From Eledone cirrhosa (lineage: Eukaryota): a stretch of 64,000 bases of DNA. Made by a program: the position numbers and the translations under genes. The notes below the pieces were generated by a model, which saw only the letters and a program-made list of their open reading frames with translations, made no database searches and was not told the DNA's origin. Shown piece by piece: positions 44,167-57,584 of this stretch; positions within the stretch are counted from its first letter, which is position 1; each line of letters begins with the position of its first letter. The stretch is taken from NCBI GenBank assembly GCA_964016885.1, contig OZ024743.1, positions 112,220,001 to 112,284,000 of the forward strand, written 5' to 3'.

Positions 44167-44899
44167 TTATATAAAAACGTGTATTTGTATATATATATAT
44201 ACAGAAAGAGATAGATAGATAACTAGGTAGACAAATAGACAAATGTGTGCAGCTTTGGCATTCTATATATTTATTTCTTACCCAAGGGAGTCCCGAAGCT
44301 CATTTCTATGTATCGTTTCTTACGTGGCTTTGGAAGCAGCACGAAGAGAATATTTCATATATCACTTCTACAAACCGGATATCATGTCGTATCCGCTAGT
44401 GACAGAAGGAGATACGCATGTCATTTCACTTCCTGTTATATCATGATACATTTTGTTTGAGATACATTCAAGGAAGAGTCATAATAAAACCAATATATAT
44501 ACAGTTGAATATGATTTCAATATGCTTTTCAATATGAGATTTTATGACAATGTATGTGTGTCTATGTGTGTGTGAATCTCCATATATGTGCGTGAGGGTT
44601 TCTACGTCATTATGTATGTGTTTGACATGATAGATTACTACATTTGGCTACATTAGATCGATTGCGCATTGAACATGTAGTTTATCGATAGGATATTGTT
44701 CAAGTGTATATGACCTTGCTTCAAAGCAATTATGTGAGTGAAACCAAGCTAGATCGATATTCAAATCAAAGCTAAACTAACTGGATTTGCATGTCCTCTC
44801 GAAGGTTGTATCTCAAAGGTTGCTTTGGAGCGATTCAAGAATTATTATGTATCATATAATATATAAGATATATGCGTAGGCACACACGCAAGTTCCCAA

Positions 44900-44941
<42 letters not shown>

Positions 44942-44944
44942 ATG

Positions 44945-45011
<67 letters not shown>

Positions 45012-45431
45012 ACATATATATATTCAGAAGAGTTGTTTAAAATAAGATAGTATTTAAGTAAGAATTTCAATCAACCATATACTGAATAAGAACTAATGGA
45101 TAAAATTTAGAAATCTGTAAATACAACGTTAGCAGTGATTTGGAAGATTCGGGTTCGTCTCTTCATCTCTCCCTCTCGCCCGTGCGTGTGTGTTTTCATA
45201 TATAAACGTCAGTATGGGTGTGATTTTGAACGGAACAACTCTTGTCCTGTATAAACCACTTCTATATTAAGCATATATATATTTATTTAAATCGAGGAAA
45301 AGAATGACTTCACTTGTAGTTCTAAACAATTTAATTTAATTTTACAATTTGGTTTTGTAGATCGAGTAAGCTCTTTGTCAACTTCGGTGGGGAGATTTTT
45401 AACGATTACTGGTTAACTTTTCTGGAGAAAG

Positions 45432-45549
<118 letters not shown>

Positions 45550-45736
45550 CACAGAGAGAGATTATGAGGTTCGAAGAAAATATAGGAAATTCAGATGCAG
45601 AAAAATAATTGTAAATATAGATTGTTGGTATAAATGCAGAGAATAATGTCAGTCATTGGTGCAAAGATAAAAAAAATTATGTTGTGCCACCCATATTTGT
45701 GAAAATTATCAAGAAATGACAATTCTCAAAATCGTG

Positions 45737-45779
<43 letters not shown>

Positions 45780-46189
45780 TACACATATACACACACAGAT
45801 ACACTCACAAATACGCACACATACATATATATATATATAAGAACAGTATTTTTCCGGGGAGCCTAAAGGTCGATCAACTGATACCAATATCTGAATGGCA
45901 CTTCATTTTGAGGACCCTCGGAAAATGAAAGTTAAAGATAGCATCGTTAGGATTTGAATTGAGAACATTAAGATATGGAGCGAAATGCCGCATAGCACGA
46001 ATATACGAATAATTGTAATAAATAACGTCAACAACACACCACAAAACCTTCAACCCTTGTCCATGAAACAATAATGGACACTTCTCCATATTACCAACCG
46101 ACAAAAATGTTTCCGGTTTTCACAAGTGATCGTGACACCATGAATCCATCAACACACCCTCACTCGCCTTCCATTAATGCCACCGTTAT

Positions 46190-46281
<92 letters not shown>

Positions 46282-46856
46282 TTAATAATAATAATAATAA
46301 TAATATGATACAAATGATAATAGTTTCTATATTGGCTACAATGGCAACATTAGAATGATAATATTAAAGATAATGTTTTTATTAATGGTAATATTAATAG
46401 TGGAATCATTACTTTCATCATCATCATTAACATTATCATCAAAATCGTTATAAATTTCGGTAATCGTCGCCCTCCTCATTTTCATCAATATAAGCATTAA
46501 TATCAATATAATAAACGATATTAAGTATGAGCAGTGAAAAGGAAAAATAGGCAGAGGGTCGGGAAGAATACTATTCAATATTTTTGTTACCTCCCTTTAT
46601 ATTCTGAGTTGAAATTCTACTGAGCTCAACTTCACCTTTCAGACATCCGCTCTCAATAATGAAAAGTAAAGTTGACCGATTAATATATTTTATGATATGA
46701 TTCCTCTTATTATTGTTAGAAATCAACACTAGATATTTTTAATTTTACAAGTTTTCAGACCATCACTGTCATCAGTAAGTATTTTAAAATACTATACACA
46801 CACAAACATTACCAGTAATACACTGGCTAATTGCTGGCCTTCTGCCAAAAGTATAA

Positions 46857-46900
<44 letters not shown>

Positions 46901-47110
46901 CATAAAATAAGAAAATTATAAAATTAACTTACTTACTAAAAAATCACTTCCAACTAATATATATATATATGCTTTCTAGCAAAAATGCCACCAGTCGTAA
47001 GCAACTACCACACCCTTCCAACCTGACCGCGACTACGTCACGATTTTTAGCCATTTTGAAATGAATTCTTGGCGCGATCACTTTGGAAAATTTACTGTCT
47101 AGATAAGAGC

Positions 47111-47202
47111 AAGCTTCCTGATGAATCCGGCGCTCGAGTTTATATAATTATTACATAATTATTGGAAAACTCAAAATACGGACGAAACCATGGTAGAGGC
47201 TT
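47111..47202 (+). ncRNA. Type I hammerhead ribozyme with long stem II
   Basis: aagcttc-CUGAUGA-a-tccg..gagttt..ataattat/ataattat..aaactc..cgga-c-GAAA-C-CAUG-G-UA-gaggctt; lies in a TA-flanked segment 46971-47470. Confidence 0.85.
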
Positions 47203-47466
47203 TTAAATGTATTCTATTTTCTCCTAGTTTATTTTACACCTAATTCTGTTTAGTTGACTATATCTGGGCGATTACGCTGTCGAAATATTCGATAAACATT
47301 CCGCTACGGCAGACGCGAAGCGCTAGTTTCGGTTATTTGTCGGAGATTTCTTCATAGAAGCCTCATTCTTATAGCCTAGTCTATTCGATTTTTTATATAG
47401 TTAATTATGCTAATTGGGAGAGGAAATAGTATATATTTTATCTTGTGATTCTATAGACATGTTTTA

Positions 47467-47494
<28 letters not shown>

Positions 47495-47502
<8 letters not shown>

Positions 47503-48428
47503 ATACTTGGGGAGGGTCATATTTGCGTAATATTGCCAGAATTAATAACAGAACACAGTCACTGTTTGGTTGGTTTTCGCTTCTCGCTGTCTTTTATTAT
47601 ATCTGCGATCTAACTTACTCGGTCCTCAATGTTGCCATTGACTGACCGGCGGTCAAAAATAATACAGATACAATATAGACACAAACACATATATATATAT
47701 ATAGTTTACATAATTTACATAAATCTTTAGTTGCACATCTGCAACATCGTCAGTGGTGTTATATTCATTGTTCCTCCTGTTGTGTTGTATGTCTACGCCA
47801 TTTTTTATTCAGTCTGTCTATATATTTATTTATTTATTTGCTTGTTTGTTTATCTTATTTTATTTTGTCTTCTTTGCGCATGCGTTTGCGTGTGTGTATA
47901 GTGTTATGTGTGATGTGTGACTAGTGTGTATAGTGTTGTGTCTGCTGGGTGACTAGTGTGTGTTTATGTGCTTGTTGTTATTGTGCTTGTGTATGTATTT
48001 ATTTATCTTATTTTATTTAATTTTATTTACTTATTTATTTATACTTCTCTTAGGTCAGTGTTGTTTGTTTGGGTGTTGTTGTTGTTCCACTCATTCTTTC
48101 TGTTTAGCTTTGGTCTTCTAATTTCTATTTCACTGGCCTCTCTGATTTGCCTATCTGCTGGGTCATTCCTATGTTTAGATATATATATATGTGTTTGTGT
48201 CTATATTGTATCTGTATTATTTTTGACCGCCGGTCAGTCAATGGCAACATTGAGGACCGAGTAAGTTAGATCGCAGATATAATAAAAGACAGCGAGAAGC
48301 GAAAACCAACCAAACAGTGAGTGTGTTCTGTTATTAATTCTGGCAATATTACGCAAATATGACCCTCCCCAAGTATAACAATATCTGTTTCGACACACGA
48401 TTTCATATAAAAAAACCTCGCAAAACTA
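47495..48428. mobile_element. Inverted duplication (206-bp arms) with a nested insert
   Basis: 47495-47700 pairs with 48179-48384; about 45-nt right tail; the spacer is TA-flanked and has a decayed minus-strand hammerhead at about 47722-47754. Confidence 0.8.
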
Positions 48429-48446
48429 ATATATATATATATATAT

Positions 48447-49042
48447 AATGGAAAATTTGAACAGGAACAAAACAGAAAGGCAGTACAACGAATGTTTATT
48501 AATTTCACGCTCTTGAGAGTGGGGTGGTGGTGGGGAACGACGTTTCGGGCATAAGCCCTTCTTCAGGTGAAAAGTGTATGGGAAGAAAGTTCAAAGGGTG
48601 TGTAGGGGAGTGGTGGAGAGACATATAGCAAAAAGGGGGTGGGAGGAATCGGTGCTAATGAAAATAAAAATAAAAACATGATCAAAATAAAATTAAAATG
48701 GGGTTAAACAGGTGGTGGAAGGGTGTGGGGCGTGTAGGGGAGGTGGCGGGTAGAGTGGGGAGAGGGAGACGGGGTGTCCGAGCGGGGAAAGCTGAAGGTG
48801 GTGTGTGTGTGTAGGTGTACGTGTGTGTGTGTGTGTGTATGTGAAAGCAAGGGTTGGGGAAAGAACGGGGTGGCATGTTTAGGAAGAGGTGTGTGTGGGG
48901 TGGGGTGTAGGTCGGAGTGTGTGTGTGTGTGTGGATAGAGGGGTGGGGGGAGAGGAATCCGGAGGCTGAATGTGTAAATATGTGGCAGAACGCACGTGTG
49001 TGTGGTGCTTAAGCGTGTTGTGGGTGTAGGTGGCGTGTGGGG
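48447..49042 (-). mobile_element. Penelope-like 3' UTR/pLTR with hammerhead core
   Basis: Minus strand CUGAAGA-a-gggc-ttat-gccc-GAAA-cgtcg at 48538-48566; CA/CC-rich UTR like 12940-13700; aataaa before the (TA)n end. Confidence 0.65.
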
Positions 49043-49080
49043 AAAAAAAAAAAAAAAAAAAGATATATATATATATATAT

Positions 49081-49598
49081 CTAAGGCGGGTAAAATTCCA
49101 GAGATCCATGGACGAGTTCTCTCCAGCGGTCTCTGTCCCTCATCAAATACAGGAAGTCCTCAACCAATTCCAGCGGCTTCCCGCCTACATTAGTGATCCC
49201 CTCTGGCTTTTCAACATTCTCTACCAGATATTTTGTTTTAGTCCCATTCATTCTCAGCCCCACACTCATCGACACAGACTAAACCTCCCGCATCAAATCC
49301 TCTGACTCCTTCACTGTATTTGTCACCAAAACTATGTCGTCGGCAAATTCAGCATCCGATACCTTTTTCGCCCTAGCTCTCCTGCTCTGAGCCGGTGCTA
49401 CAGTAAAGCCAGAGTCCTGGTGTTTCTCCAGTGCAAGGCGCATACAATAGTCTACTACGATGTTAAAAAGGTAGGGAGCCAATGTATCTCCCTGGAGCAC
49501 TCCAGCCAGTATCTCAAAGAACTCTGTCATCCCATCAGGTGTAATGACTTGGGCTTTGGACCTGATATCACTGCTTTACACCAACACCAAAGCCCAAG

Positions 49599-49602
<4 letters not shown>
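49081..49602 (-). mobile_element. RTE-type LINE fragment, same family as 22795, with internal deletion and 5' fold-back
   Basis: High identity to 22795-23765; about 490 bp missing at 49143; 49559-49602 is inverted; (TA)n on both sides. Confidence 0.9.
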
Positions 49603-49683
<81 letters not shown>

Positions 49684-49737
49684 CGGACGTGCAGGCAGAT
49701 TGATAGATAGCTGGATATAAATAGATAGATAGATATC

Positions 49738-50066
49738 TTTATTTGCCACAGGGGCATAAAAAAGGAGACATTACATAAAAATCATATAACATTAACATTA
49801 ATAAATAACAATAAAATACCAATGAAATCCCCAATAGGGGTAGGGGCGTTACTGCAGGGTTGTTTTACACCCTGTGGATAGAACAACCCTCAACACCAGG
49901 TACACGTTGTGTAGGTGTTCCCGTTTCCCTCTGTTTAAATTCCTCAACCTACAGGTTTATATACAGAGAAGGCCCATTCACTCGGGCCATTTTCACCACA
50001 TTCACCCACCTTTCAGCGAATTTACAGGACTATAGCGCCTCTCTCTCCAATTTCACTTTCCTTCTG
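49738..50066 (-). mobile_element. Tx1-like LINE 3' fragment
   Basis: Same 3' terminus (tttatttgccacagggg); (GATA)n on both sides. Confidence 0.8.
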
Positions 50067-50095
50067 TAAGATAGACAGATAGATAGATAGATAGA

Positions 50096-53000
50096 TACAT
50101 TTTTTATTAGCCACAAGGGCACAAAAGAAGGGGACAAATACAAATGGGGAGTTTACATACAGGTATATGAAAATAAAACTATTAATAAAATCACAAATAA
50201 CAATTGAAATCCCCAATAGGGGGAGGCGTAACACAGAGGGTTGTACACGCCCCGAAAAAATGTACAACCCTCATCTCCAGGAGCACCAAGAGTGAGTACT
50301 CCCTTCCTCTCTTCCACTTTTTCCTCAACCTACAGGCTTATATAGAGAGAAAGCCCAACCAGTCGGGCCATCTTTGCCACATTCACCCACCTTTTATAAA
50401 ATTTGCTGGGGTACAGCACCTCTCTCTCCATCCTGATTCTTCTTCCAACATGATATTTGAAAAAACGCCTTTTAACCTCGTCCAGCATATAACCTCTTTC
50501 ACCATAGCCATAGCACATAGGAAAACCGCCTCTCCCTCGTTTTTGAAGGAGGGTTGCGGTTTGATCATGACAACGGATCGGTGATCAACTGGATTGGTCC
50601 CACCCGCGACAATAGTCGTTCTATATAGCCCCACAGGTCGGTAACGCCCGGGCAGTGTACAAATGCGTGCGCGACGGTTTCCTCGTCGCGAACGCATCTC
50701 GGACAGATCTTTTTCGAAGGGTCCCTACCCGGGCGCCCGTGTCTGTAGAGCTTGTCTCGAACTGGTAGAGCTCCTCGGTAGCACTGACAGGCCAAGGACT
50801 TTTGGAAGTTTTCCATTGGTCCCGGGCGAAAGGTCCTACCGAACAGATTGGCCAGTTCGTCCTCCTCTAAGCCCAGAGTTTCTCCGAGCGCGTCGTCGCA
50901 CTTGCTGTGAGCGCCTGAGCACATTCGATGTGCCAGCCACCCATTTTCCTCGGTCTTTGCTTGACCCAGGACTGCAGCTCGGTTAGCGAGACTATTCGGG
51001 GGAAGGCTCGCCTCACGAACGGGGCCCACACCGGTTGTCCGGTGAGGAATACGTGGAGGAGCTGCAGCCTGAGCGCATGTTTGCGCATCGTCAGCCACGG
51101 CATTCCCAGCCCTCCGTTTGAAGGGTGTTGGCAGCTGATGGATCTTCTCACCAACGTTTTCCCGTTTCTTCCAAAGGAATTGGAAGAGCGCACGCTCCAT
51201 TTTGGTGAACGTTTTGGAAGGACAAGGCACGACAAGGTAGTAGATGACGGACTCTATAAAAGTGTTCGCCACCTCCGCTCGACCTTTCAAGGATAGTTTG
51301 CACTCGGCCCACTTCTGGGTGAGCGAAAACACCTTGGCCGTCACCTCGTTCCAGTTCTTCTCCACCTGGGGGTCCGGACCAAACCAGACCCCGAGCAGCT
51401 TTACCGGTCCTTCCGTCCAGCGTCCGACGACGCCATCGGAAGGCATCGGTTTGCCTCTCCACATTCCGAGTTGCAAATCGACGGATTTGTCCCGGTTCAG
51501 CTTCGCTCCTGTGAACCTTTCGTATTCCTTCAGTAAGGTGCCGATCTCCCCGATTTGCGAGGCGCTCGACACCATTACTGTCACCTCGTCGGCGTAGGCT
51601 GATGCCGCTTTCCGCAGTCCCGGTTCCAGAGGGATGCCCTGCAATAGCTCTAACTTTCGCAGTAGTGGCTCGAGAGTCAGTACGTACAGAAAGGAGGAGA
51701 GGGGGCATCCCCGTCGGATGGATCTCGTGATATGGAACGGCTCCGAGGGGTAGCCGTTCACCTTGACCATCGAGCAGATGTTGCTGTGTTGCATTGCAGC
51801 AATCCAGCCCCTGAACACGGGTTCGAAGCCTGCGGCCTCGAGCACCGCATCCAGGTAACGATGGTCAACCCTATCGAATGCCTTAGACTGATCCAAGTGG
51901 ATCAGGGCCCCACCGAAGCCGGGTTTACACCCTACCCTCTCTATGATGTAACGCATGAGGTGGAGGTTGTCGTGTATGCACCTGGTCGAGATTGCGCATG
52001 TCTACGCTTCTCCCACCAGGTTTTCGAACGACAAGCGCCAGCCTCTTTGCCAACACCTTGGCCAAATTCTCTAACTCTGTGTTTAGCAGAGTTATGGGCC
52101 GGAAGTTGCCTATGTCATCCCCCTTATTCTCGTCCTTCCTGACTAACGTGACTACGCCCTTGGTCACAGAACTGGGGATTCTCCCGTTCTGCTGCTAGTT
52201 GCCGTAGACCGCTTTCAGGAGACCGGAGAACAAGTCCGGTATTGCAACGTAAAATTCGTAGGGTAGACCGTCGAGACCTGGAGATTTGCGTTTGCCGCAC
52301 TGGCTCAGCGCGTCCCCTATCTCAGCGGCCGAAATCGGCCTTTCGCAGAACTTCGCCTCGCTGTCCGAGAGTTGCGGTAGGCCGTCGAGGTATGGACCGA
52401 AATCCATAGCCCCTCCCGGCGCGCTGCCCTGCCCGAACATTTGAGCAAAGTGCCGCTGAAAGGCCGTGCACATCTGCTTCGGCTCACGTACCACACGTCC
52501 GTCTTGGTCCTTCAAAGAAACACTCATGGACTTGTTGCCACTTTTCATCTCCATCACCCGGGCCCAGCTAACAGCTTTGGCTCCCTCGTTTCCCAGGGCA
52601 CGTATTTTGCTTGTGAAAACGCACCCTTTATGCTTGGCGTCGAAGAACTGGTCCAAGGCTGTTCTCGTAGCTAGCACGCTGGCTACGTTGCCATTCCTAA
52701 GTGCCTCTTCTACTTTATCTACCAGTCCCTTTTCGGTTTTAGTTCTATCTAACACTAATTCTTTACTAAAACCTATCGCGTCTAATCTAACTACCCTCTT
52801 GAGAGAATATCACCATCGGTTGTTGACAATGGCCCCCGTCAAGTGCTGCTTAACTAAAGTCCTAATCCGTCTATTGTTCAGCTTCCAGTAGCCGGGTCCC
52901 TATCTATGGGTTTTGTCAAGGTTGACTAAGCAGGTCACTAATTTCTGATCTGAATAGGCAACCATGAACATGTGTGGACAGCTTAACATGTCCATATCGC

Positions 53001-54066
53001 TAACTCTAACTAGAAACCTATCTAGGAACAATGTTCCGCTGTGGTTGGTTCACGTCCACAGTGGCACAGTCGGAAAATCTAGTCGATATCTATCGACCAG
53101 TTGAAATCGGTCGTTAACTGTTTGAGGATGTTACACCCCCTTCTATCGGGACATGCTCCCACATAGTCCCAGCGTGCATCTAGGATTCCATTCCAGTCCC
53201 CCAATAACAGCAAGGAGCGGGACGTTCCCAGAAAAGTCTCTAGACGTTTGAAGAAGTCTGGCCGCGGTGTCCCGGATGGGGCATATGTGGCCACCATCCT
53301 GAAGGTTTCACCTTCACTACCATCAACGTCTAGGACCACCAGTCGACCCTCCGGGTCGAGATGTACCATCTGTGTTACGAGGTCTAGGTGTTTCAGCAGC
53401 AAACGGGCAACTCCACCCCTACCTCCGGGCTGACAGAGAGATGCGTAGATCGCAAAGTCGTCGAAGATGGGGGCCAGAGTGTCGCTCTCTGTGGATCCTG
53501 GACTCGCAAATGGCTGGGGTCGTTTAAGAGTTTGCCGTTTCCAGGGCATCCCCAGACCGCGTACATTCACACATCCAACTCTTATATTGGCCATGTTGGT
53601 GCTGAAAAGTTAAAAGAAGAGGAAAATAAATCACTCACGTCTTCGTCTCCTGGGGACCAGGCTGCACAATTGCCATGGGGGTGTTGGAGGGGTTGTTTTG
53701 TGGGGTGGTGGTCTCTGGCGGGGTGGGGAAAGAGATGTTTGGTGGGGAGGGGTGTCGGGTCGTGTGGGGGTGGGGAAACATTTCAAAAGAACGCGGTTAT
53801 AGGGTTTGACGCGTTAGGAAATTTTTCTTTTAACTGTTTATGTGTGTCCATCGAGGTTCTAATCATTTTAAGATGAGGATTCTCCGAAGAGTGTGTAAAA
53901 GTTTTCCCTTCGGTCTCCACCGAGGGTTTTTGTATATGGCGTCTGTTAAAGTTTTATTGTTAGTATTTATGTAGGTGTAACATTTTTGTTGTGTTGTGTT
54001 GCTTTTTGTCTGTGGTTCTTGTGCGTGTTTACGTTTTGTAGTAGGTGTTTTGTTTTCAGGAGGGGG
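50096..54066 (-). mobile_element. L1/Tx1-clade LINE, near-complete ORF2 pseudogene plus ORF1 remnant
   Basis: APE (CVNVRGL, LLGDWN), KSPGLDG, NFRPITLLN, LDQSKAFDRVDH, GCPLS, AYADEV, zinc knuckle CPRC...ETVAHAFVHC; frameshifts and stops; (TATC)n at the 3' end. Confidence 0.93.
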
Positions 54067-54152
54067 AGATATATAGATATAGATAGATATTTCCTTAAAA
54101 AATGCAGGTGAAACTCTATGAATCCACAGACCATTGCTAAAAGTAGTAGAGG

Positions 54153-54225
<73 letters not shown>

Positions 54226-54226
<1 letters not shown>

Positions 54227-54500
54227 AATATTGAACTCAAATAAGGCTTAGAATTGACTAAAGCACATTAGAATAAATCAACCTTCTACGCGTTAACCCT
54301 GTATATTTAGCTCGCTCGTCAATGAATTTGGCTTCTGGGATGATACGCGTATAATTTTATTGTATTTTAATGTACTTTGATGTTATCTAGCTCGTAGTCA
54401 ATCCTAAGCCTTATTTGAGATAGTTCAATATTTAGATTTATACGATTCTTTGAATTATATTCTAAGCCATATCATTCAATGCGATGTAATGATATAAATA
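54226..54500. repeat. TA-flanked segment with short inverted arms and a right tail
   Basis: aaatattgaactcaaataaggcttagaattgacta (54226-54260) pairs with 54396-54433. Confidence 0.7.
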
Positions 54501-54509
54501 TATATATAT

Positions 54510-54590
<81 letters not shown>

Positions 54591-55232
54591 AAGGTATTAA
54601 TGGAAAATTAAACTGTTTTCATCAAAGAACCGTATTTATTCTATTAAAATCGTTTCGAATGCGATATGACCTTAAATTATTCAAAGTGCTGTTACACAAT
54701 GCCTTTTATATAGTCAATCTATAAAAATTAATATATTTATAAGATCATAGATCATTTTGCCCTGGGAGAAAAAGAGAGTCAAATGGTGAAGTTTCATCAC
54801 TGAGAAATTTAGATTAACTTTAGAATGGAATGTGTTATCTAATTCTGCATATTAAGTACCTAGTCTCTATAGACCGAATACATTTTTTAAAGAACCTAAA
54901 TATGACATCATTAGCTAGTTTTATCTGAAAATTAAAAAATAAGAACATAAAATATACAATTGGGAAATATTAGTTAGTTCCTCCACGTATAAACCTAACA
55001 ATAGAAAATGTAGATTATGCCTCCTTGAATCTCAACTAATTAATTCTAAAGCTAACGTTTTAAATAAGAAATCAGAATCTTTTCTGATTGCTGCCATAAA
55101 AACCTACAATCGTTTAACTATTACAAACCCATCAATGTGAATTAACAACCATTTACTTCAATAAATGCTTATCCTTATTAATATTTATATAGAATATATG
55201 ATATATTTGTTTAATTAATATTCTATCTTATA

Positions 55233-55421
55233 TAATTGTTTCTACTTTTGGCACAAGGCCAGCAATTACCCAGTGCATTACTGGTACTTTATTTTATCGA
55301 CCCCGTAAGGATGAAAGGCAAAGTCAACCTCGGCGGGATTTGAACTCAGATCGTAAAAGGGACGTAACTATACTGGAAAGCATGGCGTCCGACCCTCTAC
55401 CGATACTGCCAATCCACCGCC
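55233..55421 (-). mobile_element. SINE family A, full length
   Basis: Full consensus; ttctatcttatataat is duplicated on both sides (55221 and 55423), consistent with a TSD. Confidence 0.92.
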
Positions 55422-56085
55422 CTTCTATCTTATATAATGTCTTCGGTTGACCCTAGTAAAAATAAATACCTACATATAATTGATGGAGAAGCTTCATTAT
55501 ATTTGGTGCCATAATTTTGATAATTTCAGAGGATACATATATATTAGATAGACATTTACCAACTACATCCATATACTTCGACTAGAATTTATTGCATTGT
55601 AATAGTCTATAGGTAGTCTCCCACATTTATATATTGTAATATATACTGATACATTATTAACAAAATATATTAATTTATTCAATATAATAGATTATCTTAT
55701 TTCATTTTACCCCCTTTAGGTTTGAATTAAATAATTTATATTTCATTATAATTTATTAATTTTCTTAAATACTTCTCACACTTTTATATATCTCTTTGTC
55801 ATATATAAAATATCCTCCAGATAAGGGTAAATGTTTAACATATATTAATTCAAATATAAGTACTTAGCAATAATATTTAAATAATGTAAAATTAAAAGTC
55901 TGATTTGTAACTATAAGACCGGTTCAACTCATTAAATTACGCCCTCTCCTTTAATCTCTGAAATAATATCCTGAAACACGTAAATTTGTGTGTGTTTTGA
56001 TAGTAATATGTTCGTCTTACATATAGTTAAATGCTATCGATTATTTAATAATTAGTATAATTGGTATAATAACTCTGTAACAACA

Positions 56086-56146
<61 letters not shown>

Positions 56147-56602
56147 ACTCCGTATAATTCATGGTTCCTGATATAATGTTGGGTCTGCAGTAAATATCTT
56201 TCAATTTTAACGCTGTTGAATTCAATGGATTGTTCTTACAAACTATGAATATTGCTTTGATAAAACTGTAAATTCCAATTCATTTTTGGAAATGTACTAC
56301 TCTTCCAAATAACTTTTACGTATCTTAATACGACTGACACCATATTTTTTGAACTAGGATTGTTTGAACTGAGATTTATTTTGATAAGTGATATATGTTA
56401 TCTGTTTTCTTGAATGATTTGTATTGATATTGAATAAATTGTTTTTATTCTAATTCAACTCTGATGACCTCTATCGTTTATGCTAACTAATAGCAAATTG
56501 TGAAATAAAATAATTTGGTGTCTGCAGTATATTACTATTGGAAGAAACAATTTTCAGTGATTAAATGCCTTGAACTTTTAATTTTGGTTTATAAGCCCAT
56601 TG

Positions 56603-56657
<55 letters not shown>

Positions 56658-57349
56658 CTACAATGTGCTTATAAAATATACTATATAAACTCTTTGTTTA
56701 TTTTTTTATATGAATATTGATTGTCTGTTCTTGTATCTTATTCTGTTATTTGCCCGAGAAAATATCTATGTGTGTCATCAAGCGATGCCCACATATGGTT
56801 ATTTTTTCATATCCAATTGAGTTCTAGCACGTGGCTTGAATTCTTTTCAGAATTCATTGACCTGCGCATGTATTGTTTTTTGGCGGTAATCTCCTTCCTC
56901 CTATTTTCGAGACAGTGTGAGATTTTCTTTAGAACTGCTGGACTAACAACCTAGCAGCTCCCTCAAGCACTGATGGTGATTATCGCTAAATATTGATGTT
57001 GATTTGGTTATCAATATTAATATTATTGGGCACCCACTGAAGAATTATAAGAGCCCACTTGATTAAGTATCTGTTGATCTTATACAAGCTTCTACATAAA
57101 TTGGTATAATTTCACCCAACTTGTAGAAATCTTATAGTGAAACGAGACATCCGTCTGGGAAAAGATATATTTGATACATCTCATATGAAATGATACATGA
57201 TACATGATACATTGTATTTCCACACAATACAATTAGTTACCACCCGAACGTTTAATTAGGAATATACTCAGGTATTTCCTAATGTTTGTTGAGTGAGTTG
57301 GAATTTGGCCGGAATATCGCTATTAGCTTTCTCCGATTATGTATTTATA

Positions 57350-57394
<45 letters not shown>

Positions 57395-57399
<5 letters not shown>

Positions 57400-57584
57400 G
57401 TTTCTACTTTTGGCACACAACCAGTGATTACCTACTACATTACTGGTACTTTATTTTATCGACCCCGTAAGGATGAAAGGCAAAGTTAACCTCGGCGGTA
57501 TTTGAACTCAGATCATAAAAGGCCGTAACCCTATGCGGCAAAGCATGGTGTCCGACCCTTTACCGATACTGCCAATCCACCGCC
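57395..57584 (-). mobile_element. SINE family A, full length
   Basis: Full consensus inserted in (TA)n. Confidence 0.9.
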
